Position numbers and translations under genes: made by a program. From Spirochaetota bacterium (GTDB lineage Bacteria; Spirochaetota; UBA4802; UBA5368), in NCBI GenBank assembly GCA_018263175.1, contig JADFDB010000001.1, forward strand, positions 260 through 64,259: DNA of 64,000 nucleotides, in the 5' to 3' direction. Shown here piece by piece: positions 1-9,770 of the stretch. Under the pieces are notes generated by a model, which had not been told where the DNA came from, searched no databases, and was given only the letters and a program-made list of their open reading frames with translations. Position 1 is the stretch's first letter. Each line of letters begins with the position of its first letter.

Positions 1-1414
1 CCATGAACGTAAGCGGCGAGCGCGAGTCACCCCGGAACTCGACTTCGGTGGGCAATATCACCGGAAGCTCCTTCTCCAGCACAAGCGCCGGACCGCACTT
101 TTCGCAGTAGACCACGGGTATGGGGCAACCCCAGTAGCGCTGGCGTGAAATCAGCCAGTCGCGCAGGCGATAGGTCACGGCGCGTTTGCCGAATCCCTTC
201 TCCTCCGCGAAATCCGCGATCTTCGCCATGGCCTCCCTGTTCCCGAGTCCGTTGAACGACCCCGAGTTGATGCAGACGCCGTCATCCACATAGGCATCGT
301 CCATGGTGCCGACCGACAGCGGTTCGCCCGGACGATTGATCACGACCTTGATCGGAATTCCATATTTCTTCGCAAACGCGAAGTCGCGTGTGTCGTGCGC
401 GGGCACCGCCATGATGGCGCCGGTGCCGTATTCCATCAGCACGAAGTTCCCCACGTACAGCGGAACGATGTCGCCGTTGAAGGGGTTGACGATGCTAAGC
501 CCGGTGTCCACCCCCTCCTTCTCCTTCTCCTCCGAGAGACGGTCGACAAGGGACTGGGACTTGAAGCGCTCGATGAAGCCGCGGACTCCGGGGTCCTTCA
601 CCCGGTCCAGGAGCGGATGCTCGGGGGCGATCACCATGAAGGTCACGCCGTACACCGTGTCGGGGCGCGTCGTGTAAATGGGGAAGTCCTCCCCGCTCTC
701 GAGCCTGAAATTGACGGTAAGACCGGTAGAGCGGCCGATCCAGTTTCGCTGCATCACGACGACGCGCTCGGGCCAGCCGTCGCCGAGCTCATCGTGGCCC
801 TTGAGCAGGTCGTCCGCGTAATCGGTTATTTTGAAGAACCACTGTTCGAGCTCTTTCTGTGTGACGCTCGAGTCGCACCGCCAGCAGAGGCCGTCCTCCA
901 CCTGTTCGTTCGCGAGCACCGTATTGCACGACGGGCACCAGTTCACCGAGGCCTTCTTTTTGTAGGCGAGGCCCTTCTCGTACATCTTGCGGAACACCCA
1001 CTGGTTCCAGCGGTAATAGTCGGGGTCACAGGTGGCCACCTCGCGCGTCCAGTCGTACGATACGCCGAGCTTGCGGAACTGCTCCTTCATGTATCCTATG
1101 TTGTCGAGGGTCCACCGATACGGGAGGGTTCCCCCTTTAATGGCCGCGTTCTCGGCCGGCAGGCCGAACGCGTCCCAGCCGATGGGATGCAGCACGTTGA
1201 AGCCCCTCATGCGCTTGAAGCGGGCCATGAGGTCGCCGATGGAATAATTGCGCACGTGGCCCATGTGCAGCCGGCCCGAGGGATAAGGAAACATCTCGAG
1301 CAGGTAGTACTTTCGCCGCTTCGGGTCGCGCCTGGATTCGAAGATCTTCGCGTCTTCCCAGCGCTTCTGCCATTTCGACTCGATCTCTTTGAATACGTAG
1401 TCGCGCTCCGCCAT
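1..1414 (-). CDS. leuS: leucyl-tRNA synthetase, N-terminal part (gene continues beyond window start)
   Basis: Reverse-complement translation from ATG at 1414 gives [20 protein letters not shown]...[22 protein letters not shown] (class I HIGH motif, LeuS-type N-terminus). No stop before position 1, which is why it is absent from the complete-ORF track. The + strand ORF 395..1435 is its antisense shadow. Confidence 0.85.
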   Translation of the reverse strand, partial: MAERDYVFKEIESKWQKRWEDAKIFESRRDPKRRKYYLLEMFPYPSGRLHMGHVRNYSIGDLMARFKRMRGFNVLHPIGWDAFGLPAENAAIKGGTLPYRWTLDNIGYMKEQFRKLGVSYDWTREVATCDPDYYRWNQWVFRKMYEKGLAYKKKASVNWCPSCNTVLANEQVEDGLCWRCDSSVTQKELEQWFFKITDYADDLLKGHDELGDGWPERVVVMQRNWIGRSTGLTVNFRLESGEDFPIYTTRPDTVYGVTFMVIAPEHPLLDRVKDPGVRGFIERFKSQSLVDRLSEEKEKEGVDTGLSIVNPFNGDIVPLYVGNFVLMEYGTGAIMAVPAHDTRDFAFAKKYGIPIKVVINRPGEPLSVGTMDDAYVDDGVCINSGSFNGLGNREAMAKIADFAEEKGFGKRAVTYRLRDWLISRQRYWGCPIPVVYCEKCGPALVLEKELPVILPTEVEFRGDSRSPLTFM

Positions 1415-1572
1415 GGAACACCTCGCGCTCGTTGATATCGACGCTTTCATTGGAGTTGTTGCATAACTGGGGAATACGGCCGGTTTTCTCCCGCCTTCGT
1501 CGGAGGGTAAGCCGATGTTCCCCGGATTTACAACAAGTCTATTCTTTTTAAAAGCGGTAAAAGTCAAGTATA

Positions 1573-1597
1573 TTGCTGAAAACCGGAGCCGGGCTCC
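1573..1597 (-). terminator. possible terminator hairpin downstream of the ClC gene
   Basis: Inverted repeat cggagcc/ggctccg right after the ClC stop (1603). On the minus strand it is followed by gtttt. Confidence 0.3.
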
Positions 1598-1602
1598 GAT
1601 CG

Positions 1603-3414
1603 CTATGGGCGGCGGGGCCTCGAGTCCGTCAGGAACTGGTCCGTGGTCCACGCGTCGAGAAGGCGGTTGTATGTCTGAATTATATCGCGGTGCGTCAGCA
1701 CGCCCGTCACCGTGCGCTGTTTTTCCGACTTCACGACGGGGATGGTCTCGAGGTCGTACTCCTCGATCTTCTGCATCGCGAGCGACACCGGATCGTCCTC
1801 GGTGACTACGGGGACCTCGGCGGTAACGTCGTCGGCGATGAGCAAATCGGTCAGTTCGTGCGACACGATCGCCTGGCGAACCTGCCTCAGGGAAATGACC
1901 CCGAGGAGCTCCTTTTTATCATTTAATACGAACACATCACCGTAGGTCGAGTGCATCAGGATGTCGGTCAGCTTGCGGAACGGTGTTCGGTGGCTCACCA
2001 CATCGTAGTCCGTCTTCCGCAGATCCCTTACCTTTGCCTTGCCGAGCAGGTCCATCTCGCCCCGCTTCGACACATCGATCCCCTCCTTCATCAATTCGAG
2101 CGTGTAGGTGCCTCCCTTGTTGACGTAGATCACCACGAGATACGCGATGATAGAGACGAACATGAGCGGCAGGATGAAGTGATAGTCCCCCGTCACCTCG
2201 AAAACCAGCAGGATCGAGGTCAGTGGGATGGCGTTGATCCCTGCAAGCACCCCTCCCATGCCCACAAGCGCGAAGACGACCGGGTCGAGGGAGGTTGCGA
2301 AGAGCGCGTTCATCAGCATCGCGAATGAATGCCCCAGCAGCACGCCGACCATGAGCGAAGGCGCGAAGGTGCCGCCGTATGAGCCCGCCTCGAGGAACAG
2401 CGCCATGAAGACCAGCTTGAGCGTGAGGAGTGCGAGCACGAACGTCAGGGGATGATGCTGGTTGAGCACCTCGTTGACCGTGCTATATCCGATGCCGTAG
2501 AGCTGGTGGAAGCCGAGGAGCACGATCCCGAAAAGCGCCGCAACCGGCACAAGCCTCAGAAATTCGTTCGAGAGGGAGAGCTTTTTCGAGAGGAGAAACG
2601 ATGAGCCGCGGCGAAGCTGGAAAAAGAGAATTGAAACCGCGCCACAGAGGATCGCGAGCACGAGAAAATACGGAAAATCGCCGACCTCGCCCGGAGAGTA
2701 GTGCGGAATCCTGAATACGTGCTTGTTGCCGAGGACCGCGCGCGAAAACACGTCCGCGACCACCGAGGAGATCACGAGCGCGCTCATCGCCTGATTTTTG
2801 AGGTCGTTCAGCAGAATGACCTCGATACCGAAGAAGACCCCGGCGATCGGGGCGTTGAAGACCGCCGCGATCGCCGCACCGGCACCGGCAACGGTGTACA
2901 TGCGCATCTCTCGCTGGTTCAGCCGGAAGGCCTGCGCCATGAGCGAGCCGAGGCCGCTCCCCATCTTGGCGGCCGGGCCTTCCGGTCCGAGCGGCGCGCC
3001 CGAACCTATCGAAATGATCGGCGCGAGAAAATGGAACAGCGTCACCTTGAATGGAATAAACCCGTTTCGGAAGAGCACCGATTTAATGACGCTCGTTACG
3101 TCGCGCTCACGGGCGATGGCGGGGAAGTATCGGGTCATCGCCGCGACGATCAGGGCTCCTACGACGGGGAAGATGAAGATCAGGTTGAGATCGATACCCA
3201 GGTAGCTGCGGAGATTGAAATACTCGAAAAAATTCCTGGTCCCCTCGAGCATGGAATGGAAGGCCACGGCCCCGGCGCCGGCAAAAAGGCCGAGCACCAC
3301 CGAAAAAATGATATGCGAGATGTATTTTGAGATGTCGGTCCTGGCGTACCGCGTGCGAAGCCCGCGTTGCGCGTCTGCAAGACCCCTCAAGTTGAAAAGA
3401 CGGCCCGGAAGCAT
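1603..3414 (-). CDS. voltage-gated ClC chloride channel with C-terminal CBS domain pair
   Basis: 603 aa. [11 protein letters not shown] selectivity-filter-like motif, multiple TM helices (GIPYFF.., GxFxP-like), C-terminal CBS pair ([15 protein letters not shown]... / VTEDDPVSL..). Confidence 0.85.
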   Translation of the reverse strand: MLPGRLFNLRGLADAQRGLRTRYARTDISKYISHIIFSVVLGLFAGAGAVAFHSMLEGTRNFFEYFNLRSYLGIDLNLIFIFPVVGALIVAAMTRYFPAIARERDVTSVIKSVLFRNGFIPFKVTLFHFLAPIISIGSGAPLGPEGPAAKMGSGLGSLMAQAFRLNQREMRMYTVAGAGAAIAAVFNAPIAGVFFGIEVILLNDLKNQAMSALVISSVVADVFSRAVLGNKHVFRIPHYSPGEVGDFPYFLVLAILCGAVSILFFQLRRGSSFLLSKKLSLSNEFLRLVPVAALFGIVLLGFHQLYGIGYSTVNEVLNQHHPLTFVLALLTLKLVFMALFLEAGSYGGTFAPSLMVGVLLGHSFAMLMNALFATSLDPVVFALVGMGGVLAGINAIPLTSILLVFEVTGDYHFILPLMFVSIIAYLVVIYVNKGGTYTLELMKEGIDVSKRGEMDLLGKAKVRDLRKTDYDVVSHRTPFRKLTDILMHSTYGDVFVLNDKKELLGVISLRQVRQAIVSHELTDLLIADDVTAEVPVVTEDDPVSLAMQKIEEYDLETIPVVKSEKQRTVTGVLTHRDIIQTYNRLLDAWTTDQFLTDSRPRRP

Positions 3415-3863
3415 TATTCCAATGCGAGAATATCGATAATTTTCGCGGCATTCCCCGCTTTAACGATCTCGGAACGCCGAGTCTCATCTTTCAGTATCGA
3501 CATTATTTTCGACAGCAGGGTGAGGTAATCCTTGTGCTGACGGTCGCCGGCCGCGACCAGTATGAGGAGGTGGACGGGCTTGCCGTCTATCGAATCAAAG
3601 TTGATTCCCGCCTTCGAAATGCCGATCGCGAAGGCGATATCCTTGACGGATTTGATCTTCGCGTGGGGAATCGCAAGGCCCAGGCCGATCCCCGTGCTCA
3701 TAATCTTCTCGCGCTCGACGAGCGCATGGACGAGCTCATCGATGTCCGCGCACACCTGGGCGCCGTCGAAAAGTCGGGCGAGCTCCTCGATCGCCCTGAA
3801 CTTGTTCCTGGATTTAAGCCTCTTTATGAATTTTACGTTCGTGTATTCACTGACCTTTTTCAT
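3414..3863 (-). CDS. PTS EIIA type-2 (fructose/mannitol/Ntr family) protein, PtsN-like
   Basis: 149 aa. GIGLGLAIPHAK motif containing the phosphorylatable His region typical of EIIA(Ntr)/EIIA(Fru). Its stop TAA overlaps the ATG of the downstream ClC gene (TAATG arrangement on the minus strand). Confidence 0.7.
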   Translation of the reverse strand: MKKVSEYTNVKFIKRLKSRNKFRAIEELARLFDGAQVCADIDELVHALVEREKIMSTGIGLGLAIPHAKIKSVKDIAFAIGISKAGINFDSIDGKPVHLLILVAAGDRQHKDYLTLLSKIMSILKDETRRSEIVKAGNAAKIIDILALE

Positions 3864-4033
3864 CCAGCCCGCCGCACTCCGAGTATAGTTTCTCTTAATC
3901 GTCAGCAGAGTTATTGCATACCTGGGAGATAATGTCGATCCCCCCGTATATTATTCTTATCATAACTTTTTATACTTTTCATGAGGAAAAAACTCACACC
4001 CCATGCGCCTGTGGTATCCTCACGAGTTCCGGT

Positions 4034-5209
4034 TCAGTCTTCGGGCTGAAGTGCGGTGGCGAAGATCCAACTGAAGTACTTTTTAACGTCCGCCGCCGCC
4101 ATCCCATAGCCGAGATAGAAGCCGTCAACCCATATCTCGAAGTGAAGGTGTGCTCCGTATTTCTTCCCTTCGGCCTCGCCCAGAAGGCCCGAATTCCCCA
4201 CACGGCCGATGCGCCGGCCCTTCGACACTTTCCCACCGGCGACAATCCCCTTATCGATTTCGGACAGATGGTTATACGTGGTCACGATGCCGTTACCATG
4301 GTCGATCCACACCTGCCTGCCCCCGAACGAACGCAGCACGAAGGTGCGCGGATTGTTTTTCGTATGCTCCGACTGCTCCCTCCACTGGTGCGGCGTAAAC
4401 GGCTCATACTTCCAGTCGGCACGGATCACCGTTCCGCCCTGTGCGGCAAAGACGGGCGTCGTGAAATCCACCGCTACCGTCTCGTAGCTTCCCTCGGCGA
4501 ACGAGTGATAGAGGTCAAGCCCGGCGTGGGTCCCGCCGCGGTAGGAGCGGGGGGCGTTGGGATACGACGCGTCGTCCGGGGGAAGCAGCGCGTTACGCAC
4601 CGGCAGGCACAGCCCCTTCAGCCGTTCGTCGAAATAGCGCAGGCTGTTCGTACCGACGAAGCATTCTATCTCCGCGATGGCCGCCTGCCCGTCCACCATG
4701 CCCTCGGCCGGCACGAAGATCCGAAACGTGCTCGCGTCGACCCCGCCCAGGTCTATTTCGACACGGTCGTCCGTCCGGGATCTCCGGAAAAACCGGGCGA
4801 GGAATCCTCTGCGCGCCGTCCCGTCGAATTCGACACGGGAAAAATCGAACCAGTCGCCATTGTACATAAACTGAACGATGCAGTAACGGAGCATACGGTA
4901 GTTGTCCCGGTAGCCAGGGACGATGACGATTTTCGTCAGCAGCCGTTTGGATCCGAAATCGACGCTGAGCCACTGCGGCGACGGTGAGCGCGCCGACCTC
5001 CACGAGCTCTCGACGTCGCTGTCCAGCGCCATCAGTCCCGTAAAACCCGGCCCGTGGCTCGAGCTTACCTCCCAGCGCACCTTCTGTGCCGTGTTGGAGC
5101 CGATGATGAAATAGTCGCCATCGCGCGCCTCACCCCTCGAGAGCGGTGAAGAGAGCAGCAGGCACATGATCACGACAATACCCGTGCAGGTGGCTTTACG
5201 AATCTTCAT
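4034..5209 (-). CDS. secreted M23 (LytM-type) metallopeptidase with N-terminal F5/8 type C (discoidin) domain
   Basis: Start chosen at MKIRKATCTGIVVIMCLLLSSPL (signal peptide). HAGLDL (HxxxD) and HLHFEI (HxH) M23 motifs. Discoidin-like segment ...SWRSARSPSPQWLSVDFG. Confidence 0.7.
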   Translation of the reverse strand: MKIRKATCTGIVVIMCLLLSSPLSRGEARDGDYFIIGSNTAQKVRWEVSSSHGPGFTGLMALDSDVESSWRSARSPSPQWLSVDFGSKRLLTKIVIVPGYRDNYRMLRYCIVQFMYNGDWFDFSRVEFDGTARRGFLARFFRRSRTDDRVEIDLGGVDASTFRIFVPAEGMVDGQAAIAEIECFVGTNSLRYFDERLKGLCLPVRNALLPPDDASYPNAPRSYRGGTHAGLDLYHSFAEGSYETVAVDFTTPVFAAQGGTVIRADWKYEPFTPHQWREQSEHTKNNPRTFVLRSFGGRQVWIDHGNGIVTTYNHLSEIDKGIVAGGKVSKGRRIGRVGNSGLLGEAEGKKYGAHLHFEIWVDGFYLGYGMAAADVKKYFSWIFATALQPED

Positions 5210-5344
5210 GAGTACATCCCGCTGTTTGTTCTTTCCGCGCGCTACGGTAAAATAGCCTGGCCGCGCGCAAGCGCTTGACGACATGTTCATGCGGGGATAG
5301 TGTGTGGTTCCGGCGCAAACCGGTAAACAATAATTTCGAGGAAT

Positions 5345-5668
5345 ATGATGGAAAAGCATATCGTCGTCTACTGCACCGCGCCGTCCAGGGAGGTGGCGGT
5401 CGCCATCGCTGAATCGCTGGTTCCGGGGCGGCTCGCCGCGTGCGTGAATATTCTAGCCGGTATCTTTTCGCTCTATACCTGGAAAGGTGAGTTCTGCCGC
5501 AACGAGGAGTGTCTGATGATTATCAAGACGCGCGGGGAGCTTTTCGAGCGACTGCGCGAACGGATCGTTGCCCTGCATCCCTACGAGGTGCCCGAGATCA
5601 TCGCCCTTCCGATAGCGGCCGGCCATCCTCCCTATCTCGGCTGGATCGACGAGTCGACCGGCGTATAG
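5345..5668 (+). CDS. cutA: divalent-cation tolerance protein CutA
   Basis: 107 aa. CutA1 signature HPYEVPEIIALPI. Size typical for the family. Confidence 0.8.
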   Translation: MMEKHIVVYCTAPSREVAVAIAESLVPGRLAACVNILAGIFSLYTWKGEFCRNEECLMIIKTRGELFERLRERIVALHPYEVPEIIALPIAAGHPPYLGWIDESTGV

Positions 5669-5671
5669 TGC

Positions 5672-5965
5672 TTACAGCAGACCGCCCCACGACCTGCGCT
5701 TCGCCTTGAAAAAGCCGCCGTCCTTTCGGACCGTTTCTTCGGCCTTCGCGCCGACACTGCGCACGGGGGATGCGGCGGCGCCTTCCATGGAATCTATCTT
5801 CGCCAGGAGCACGCGCACGAGGTGAGTGAGGTACTCCTCCTTTTTGTTCATGAGCTCGATAAGCTCGCGCTGTCGGTCCTGAATCTCCTTCTTCAGACTG
5901 CTCTCGACTTCTTTCAGCTTCATGATCGTCGTAAAATCGACCACATTGTTCTCTTCACCATTCAT
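5672..5965 (-). CDS. small hypothetical coiled-coil protein
   Basis: Internal Met of ORF 5672..6133 chosen (MNGEENNVVDF...). Charged heptad-like sequence KLKEVESSLKKEIQDRQRELIELMNKKEEY. No recognisable family. Confidence 0.35.
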   Translation of the reverse strand: MNGEENNVVDFTTIMKLKEVESSLKKEIQDRQRELIELMNKKEEYLTHLVRVLLAKIDSMEGAAASPVRSVGAKAEETVRKDGGFFKAKRRSWGGLL

Positions 5966-6059
5966 TTTCGTATCCGTCCGGCCATGGGATCGTCGGCATA
6001 TATGCAGTAGAGGATAGCAGCAACGGTGGGAAATCCCTAAAAAACTTCGGGAAGGCGGC

Positions 6060-6284
6060 TTACAGCCGGACGATGTCGTCGAATTCGAGAGCCTTCGCCG
6101 CGAAGACACTGCGCAGCCGTTCCTCCTCGACACACGGAAAGCGCAGGCATACGCCGCAGTCCGAGCTGAGCCGGCGCGGCACCGGTATGAGCTTTACCAG
6201 TATTTTTTCCTCCCGGCACAGCTTCTCTCCGCGAAGGGCGAGGCTTGTGGAGTGGAAGAGGACGACGCACTGATCTTCGTTCAT
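6060..6284 (-). CDS. DUF3343-like small protein (putative S/Se carrier-like)
   Basis: 74 aa. LIPVPRRLSSDCGVCLRF resembles the conserved core of DUF3343 proteins that accompany cysteine desulfurases. ATGA overlap with the upstream desulfurase stop. Confidence 0.55.
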   Translation of the reverse strand: MNEDQCVVLFHSTSLALRGEKLCREEKILVKLIPVPRRLSSDCGVCLRFPCVEEERLRSVFAAKALEFDDIVRL

Positions 6285-7438
6285 GCCCGGTCACCTTTTC
6301 GTACGAGCGCACGCACCGCGTCAATCGCCGCAGAGATCTCGTCGGACGTGGTGAAATATCCCGCGCTGAACCTGATCGTTCCCTCCGGGAAACTGCCGAG
6401 GCTTGCGTGCGCGGCCGGGCTGCAGTGAAGGCCTACCCTGCACAGGATGTCGAACTCCTCGTCGAGGCAAAGCCCGAGCTCGCTTGGCGACAACGCCTCG
6501 CTGGTAAATGAAACTGTCGAAAGCCGCCGCTCCGGCGGCGCCGCGTACAGCCGCACCCCGTCGATTGAGCCGAGTCCGTCCACCAGCGCGGCGGCGAGCT
6601 CGTCTTCGTGACGGCGTATCTCCGCCATGCCCGTTTCGAGAATAAATCGAACGCCCCCTCCAAGCCCGGCGATGCCGATTGTGTTGGGCGTGCCGCTCTC
6701 ATAACGGTCGGGCGGGAACTCCGGCTGCGTTTCGAATTCGGAACGACTGCCGGTCCCTCCGTATATGAGGGGACGCATGCGCTCCAGCGGCACGCGTTCT
6801 CCCGCGACCAGGCCTCCCGTTCCCTGCGGACCGAACAGGGCCTTGTGGCCCGTGAAGGCCAGAAGATCGATATTGTCGCGTTCCATTTCGATGTCCACGC
6901 ACCCGGCGGTCTGGGCCGCGTCGACCAGAAACAGGGCCCCCGCCCGGCGGGCGATCGCACCCAGCTCGCGGATCATCTGCATGCATCCGTTGACGTTCGA
7001 GCCATGGTTGACGACGACCATGTCGGTCTTTTCGCGAAGCATCCGCCTCAGGTCGTCCGGGTCGAGAACTCCTTCGGGCGACGAGGGCACGACACACACC
7101 CGCACGCCGTCGGACTCGAGGGCGCGCAGCGGACGCATCACCGAATTGTGCTCCATTCCGCTCGTCACAACGCGGTCTCCAGGCCGGAGAAAGCCCAGGA
7201 GCGCCTGGTTGAGCCCCCCCGTGGCATTGGAGGCGAACAATACCCTGAGCGGGTCGGGCATATTGAAGAGCGACGCAATCGCCTCACGCGTTTCGTAGAT
7301 GACCCGTCCGGCGTCGACGGAAAGGCGGTGGCCCGACCTGCCGGGGTTCGCGCCAATCTCGAGGGCGAACGCGGTCATGGCGTCGCAGACCGCGGCGGGC
7401 TTGGGGAACGAGGTTGCGGCATTATCAAGATAGATCAT
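6281..7438 (-). CDS. cysteine desulfurase / class V aminotransferase (NifS/IscS-like)
   Basis: 385 aa. MIYLDNAATSFPKP start. PLP-lysine region FTGHKALFGPQGTGGL. Catalytic-loop Cys near C-terminus (GLHCSPAAH). Confidence 0.85.
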   Translation of the reverse strand: MIYLDNAATSFPKPAAVCDAMTAFALEIGANPGRSGHRLSVDAGRVIYETREAIASLFNMPDPLRVLFASNATGGLNQALLGFLRPGDRVVTSGMEHNSVMRPLRALESDGVRVCVVPSSPEGVLDPDDLRRMLREKTDMVVVNHGSNVNGCMQMIRELGAIARRAGALFLVDAAQTAGCVDIEMERDNIDLLAFTGHKALFGPQGTGGLVAGERVPLERMRPLIYGGTGSRSEFETQPEFPPDRYESGTPNTIGIAGLGGGVRFILETGMAEIRRHEDELAAALVDGLGSIDGVRLYAAPPERRLSTVSFTSEALSPSELGLCLDEEFDILCRVGLHCSPAAHASLGSFPEGTIRFSAGYFTTSDEISAAIDAVRALVRKGDRA

Positions 7439-7496
7439 GACGATTGTGCATAAACCGCCCCGGAAACGGCGTGCACCGTTTCCGGGGAGTCCACTG

Positions 7497-7709
7497 TTAT
7501 TTACTGAGCCTCAGCACGAATTCTCCATCCTGCTCCCTGAGTGAAACGGCCCATCCCCTGTTTTCGGCGAGGCGGGTAACGTTATCGCGCGCCGTTCCCG
7601 AGTCGACCAGCACTTCAAGCGCGCCCGAGCCCATCGCCTCGATTTTTTTCTTCGTCTCAAAGACCGGCTGCGGGCACGAAAGCCCGCGCATATCCAGTGT
7701 ATCCGCCAT
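7497..7709 (-). CDS. tusA: TusA-family sulfurtransferase
   Basis: 70 aa. CPxP motif within DMRGLSCPQPVF. Size and architecture of TusA/YeeD. Confidence 0.8.
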   Translation of the reverse strand: MADTLDMRGLSCPQPVFETKKKIEAMGSGALEVLVDSGTARDNVTRLAENRGWAVSLREQDGEFVLRLSK

Positions 7710-7724
7710 GGAATCCTCCTTCGC

Positions 7725-8837
7725 TCACGCCGTCCGGCGCATGGTAAAACCTATCACAAGGCAGGCCGCGAGGCCCGCGATTACCGAGGCCGGCCCCCAG
7801 AGTCCGGGACCGGCCGGCGAGCTCGCCATGGCGAAATTATGCGCAAAGCCCGCGCCAACGATCATCCCCATCACAAAGATCGCCGCGTCCCCGTCGCCTT
7901 CGCCCGAAAGAAAGAGCTGCCTGCCGGGGCATCCGCCTGCCAGCGCAAAGGCGAGACCCGAGAGCATCATTCCGCCGAAGTTCCAGACATGGGCGGTGTG
8001 GGCAACCGGCTGACCCGCGAAACCGGGGTTGAACTGGCCGAGCGCGAGGTTTGCCGCAAGCGCGCCGATCACCAGCGCGATGACCCCCCACATCAAATGC
8101 ATCTCACGCATCAGGATGACGTCGCGGACCGCCCCCATGGTGCAGAAGCGCGTGCGCTGCGCGAGGAAGCCTATGACGAGCGCCACGCCCAGCGATACGA
8201 ATAATGGTGCGAACTGCGAACCGGGACCCTTCTCACTGAAGAAGGGAGCGAACTTCTCCGGCTCCACATACAGGAGTGATTTCGAGGCGCCCCACATGGT
8301 GTTGCCCAGCAGCAGGAGCAGGAGCGCGATCATGATGACCGGCATCAGCCAGCCCGCCGCGGTATAGGTCTTTTTACTCGCTCCGAGGCTGTAGCCGCTG
8401 CGTATAAAAAATACTCCGACCGCCACGCCAGCCGCCAACCCCGCTAGACCGACGATGGCGTTACCGTCACCGCCGGACAGGCGCAGCAGCGCGCGCCACG
8501 GACAGCCGAGAAACACCAGCGCCCCGACCATGGCGAAGAACCCCAGCATGAAGCGAACCATCGGCGCCGAGCCCGAGCGCGCCCGAAACTCCCTGAAGGC
8601 AAGCGCCGCAATCAGCGAGCCTAGGACAAAGCCGATGATCTCGGGCCTGATGTACTGTACTACCGATGCCCTGTGGAATCCAAGGGCCCCGGCGATGTCG
8701 CGCTCCATACAGGCTACGCAAATGCCCATGTTGGCGGGGTTGCCGAGCCTCTGGAGGATGGCCGCGGCGATCCCGATAAAAAGTCCGGTCGCCACCATGC
8801 CCTTTTTTGAACCGAAAAATCCCGTAAATGATGCCAT
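7725..8837 (-). CDS. YeeE/YedE-family inner-membrane protein (putative thiosulfate/sulfur-compound transporter)
   Basis: Start at MASFTGFF (internal Met of ORF 7725..8969). Two YeeE/YedE repeats with conserved Cys motifs (GICVACMERD..., GGCPGRQL). Polytopic membrane protein. Confidence 0.75.
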   Translation of the reverse strand: MASFTGFFGSKKGMVATGLFIGIAAAILQRLGNPANMGICVACMERDIAGALGFHRASVVQYIRPEIIGFVLGSLIAALAFREFRARSGSAPMVRFMLGFFAMVGALVFLGCPWRALLRLSGGDGNAIVGLAGLAAGVAVGVFFIRSGYSLGASKKTYTAAGWLMPVIMIALLLLLLGNTMWGASKSLLYVEPEKFAPFFSEKGPGSQFAPLFVSLGVALVIGFLAQRTRFCTMGAVRDVILMREMHLMWGVIALVIGALAANLALGQFNPGFAGQPVAHTAHVWNFGGMMLSGLAFALAGGCPGRQLFLSGEGDGDAAIFVMGMIVGAGFAHNFAMASSPAGPGLWGPASVIAGLAACLVIGFTMRRTA

Positions 8838-9191
8838 ACGTCTTCTCCAAAAGAAGATTATTACGTTCTTTGCAAACCGCAGAGCATACCGGCCCGGGCA
8901 GACGGCCATGGAGCGATAAGCCCCGGCACCGCCCAGTGCCGTAAAGCGGCCCACACAACAAAGCATCACCGGACAAAAAAAATCAATAATTAAAAATATA
9001 AATATATACTATCTAAAAAATAGAACACTCCTCGCCACTACGATCCCCCTGACACACCGCATATTGGCTTCCCCGCCATCCCGGGAAACGGGTAGCTGAA
9101 AAAAATTGCTTTTATTTTAAAAGAATTATTGACTCAATTGTTCTAATGTACTAAGCTATCTTTGTATTCAAAATTCATCCGGGCACCCTTT

Positions 9192-9770
9192 ATGGCTGGA
9201 AGCGACATCGACAAGAAAACCCGAACGGACGAAATCCTCAAGGCCGCACAGGAGGCCTTCGCACGCCACGGCTACAAAAAAACCACGATAGAGGACATTG
9301 CCGACCGGCTCGGCATGGTAAAGAGCGCCCTGTACTATTACTACCGCAACAAGCAGGAGCTCTTCGTTGCCGTCATCGAACACGAGGTGATACTATTTTT
9401 TGAAAACATCCGCGCTCTCCTCGACGACGGAGCCGGCACAGAGGAAAAGCTCGTCATTTACTCACGGCAGAGTTACAAGTTGCATCATGACTTTCATAAT
9501 CTTTATAATCTTACCGTCGATGATCTCTTCCAGAACTATGAAGGCCTGATCCGCGTCAGAAACAAATTCTACGGAAAAAACATGACCCTTTTAGCCGAAA
9601 TACTCGGATCCGGCCGGCGAGCCGCCGGAATGGACATCTCCCGGGCCGCCAGACTGTTTCTCTACACGCTGGGGGGCATCTTCCAGGGCTATGAGATCGA
9701 AAAGAAAGCGGTTCCCGACGAGGAGCTCGAATCATTCGTTACAATTTTTTGCGGGGGACTCTACCGATGA
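9192..9770 (+). CDS. TetR/AcrR-family transcriptional regulator
   Basis: N-terminal HTH (TTIEDIADRLGMVKSALYYYYRNKQELF). ATG at 9192 preferred over the non-ATG 9162 start in the track. Stop overlaps the tolC-like start (ATGA). Confidence 0.8.
   Translation: MAGSDIDKKTRTDEILKAAQEAFARHGYKKTTIEDIADRLGMVKSALYYYYRNKQELFVAVIEHEVILFFENIRALLDDGAGTEEKLVIYSRQSYKLHHDFHNLYNLTVDDLFQNYEGLIRVRNKFYGKNMTLLAEILGSGRRAAGMDISRAARLFLYTLGGIFQGYEIEKKAVPDEELESFVTIFCGGLYR

Noticed and set aside
395-1435. 346-aa + strand ORF rich in Arg/His/Val
   Set aside because: Antisense shadow of leuS on the minus strand. Composition is non-protein-like, and the leuS reading has the HIGH-motif N-terminus.
3914-4987. 357-aa + strand ORF opposite the M23 peptidase
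   Set aside because: Arg/Pro/Gly-rich antisense artefact of a high-GC coding region. The minus-strand frame has clear M23 and discoidin motifs.
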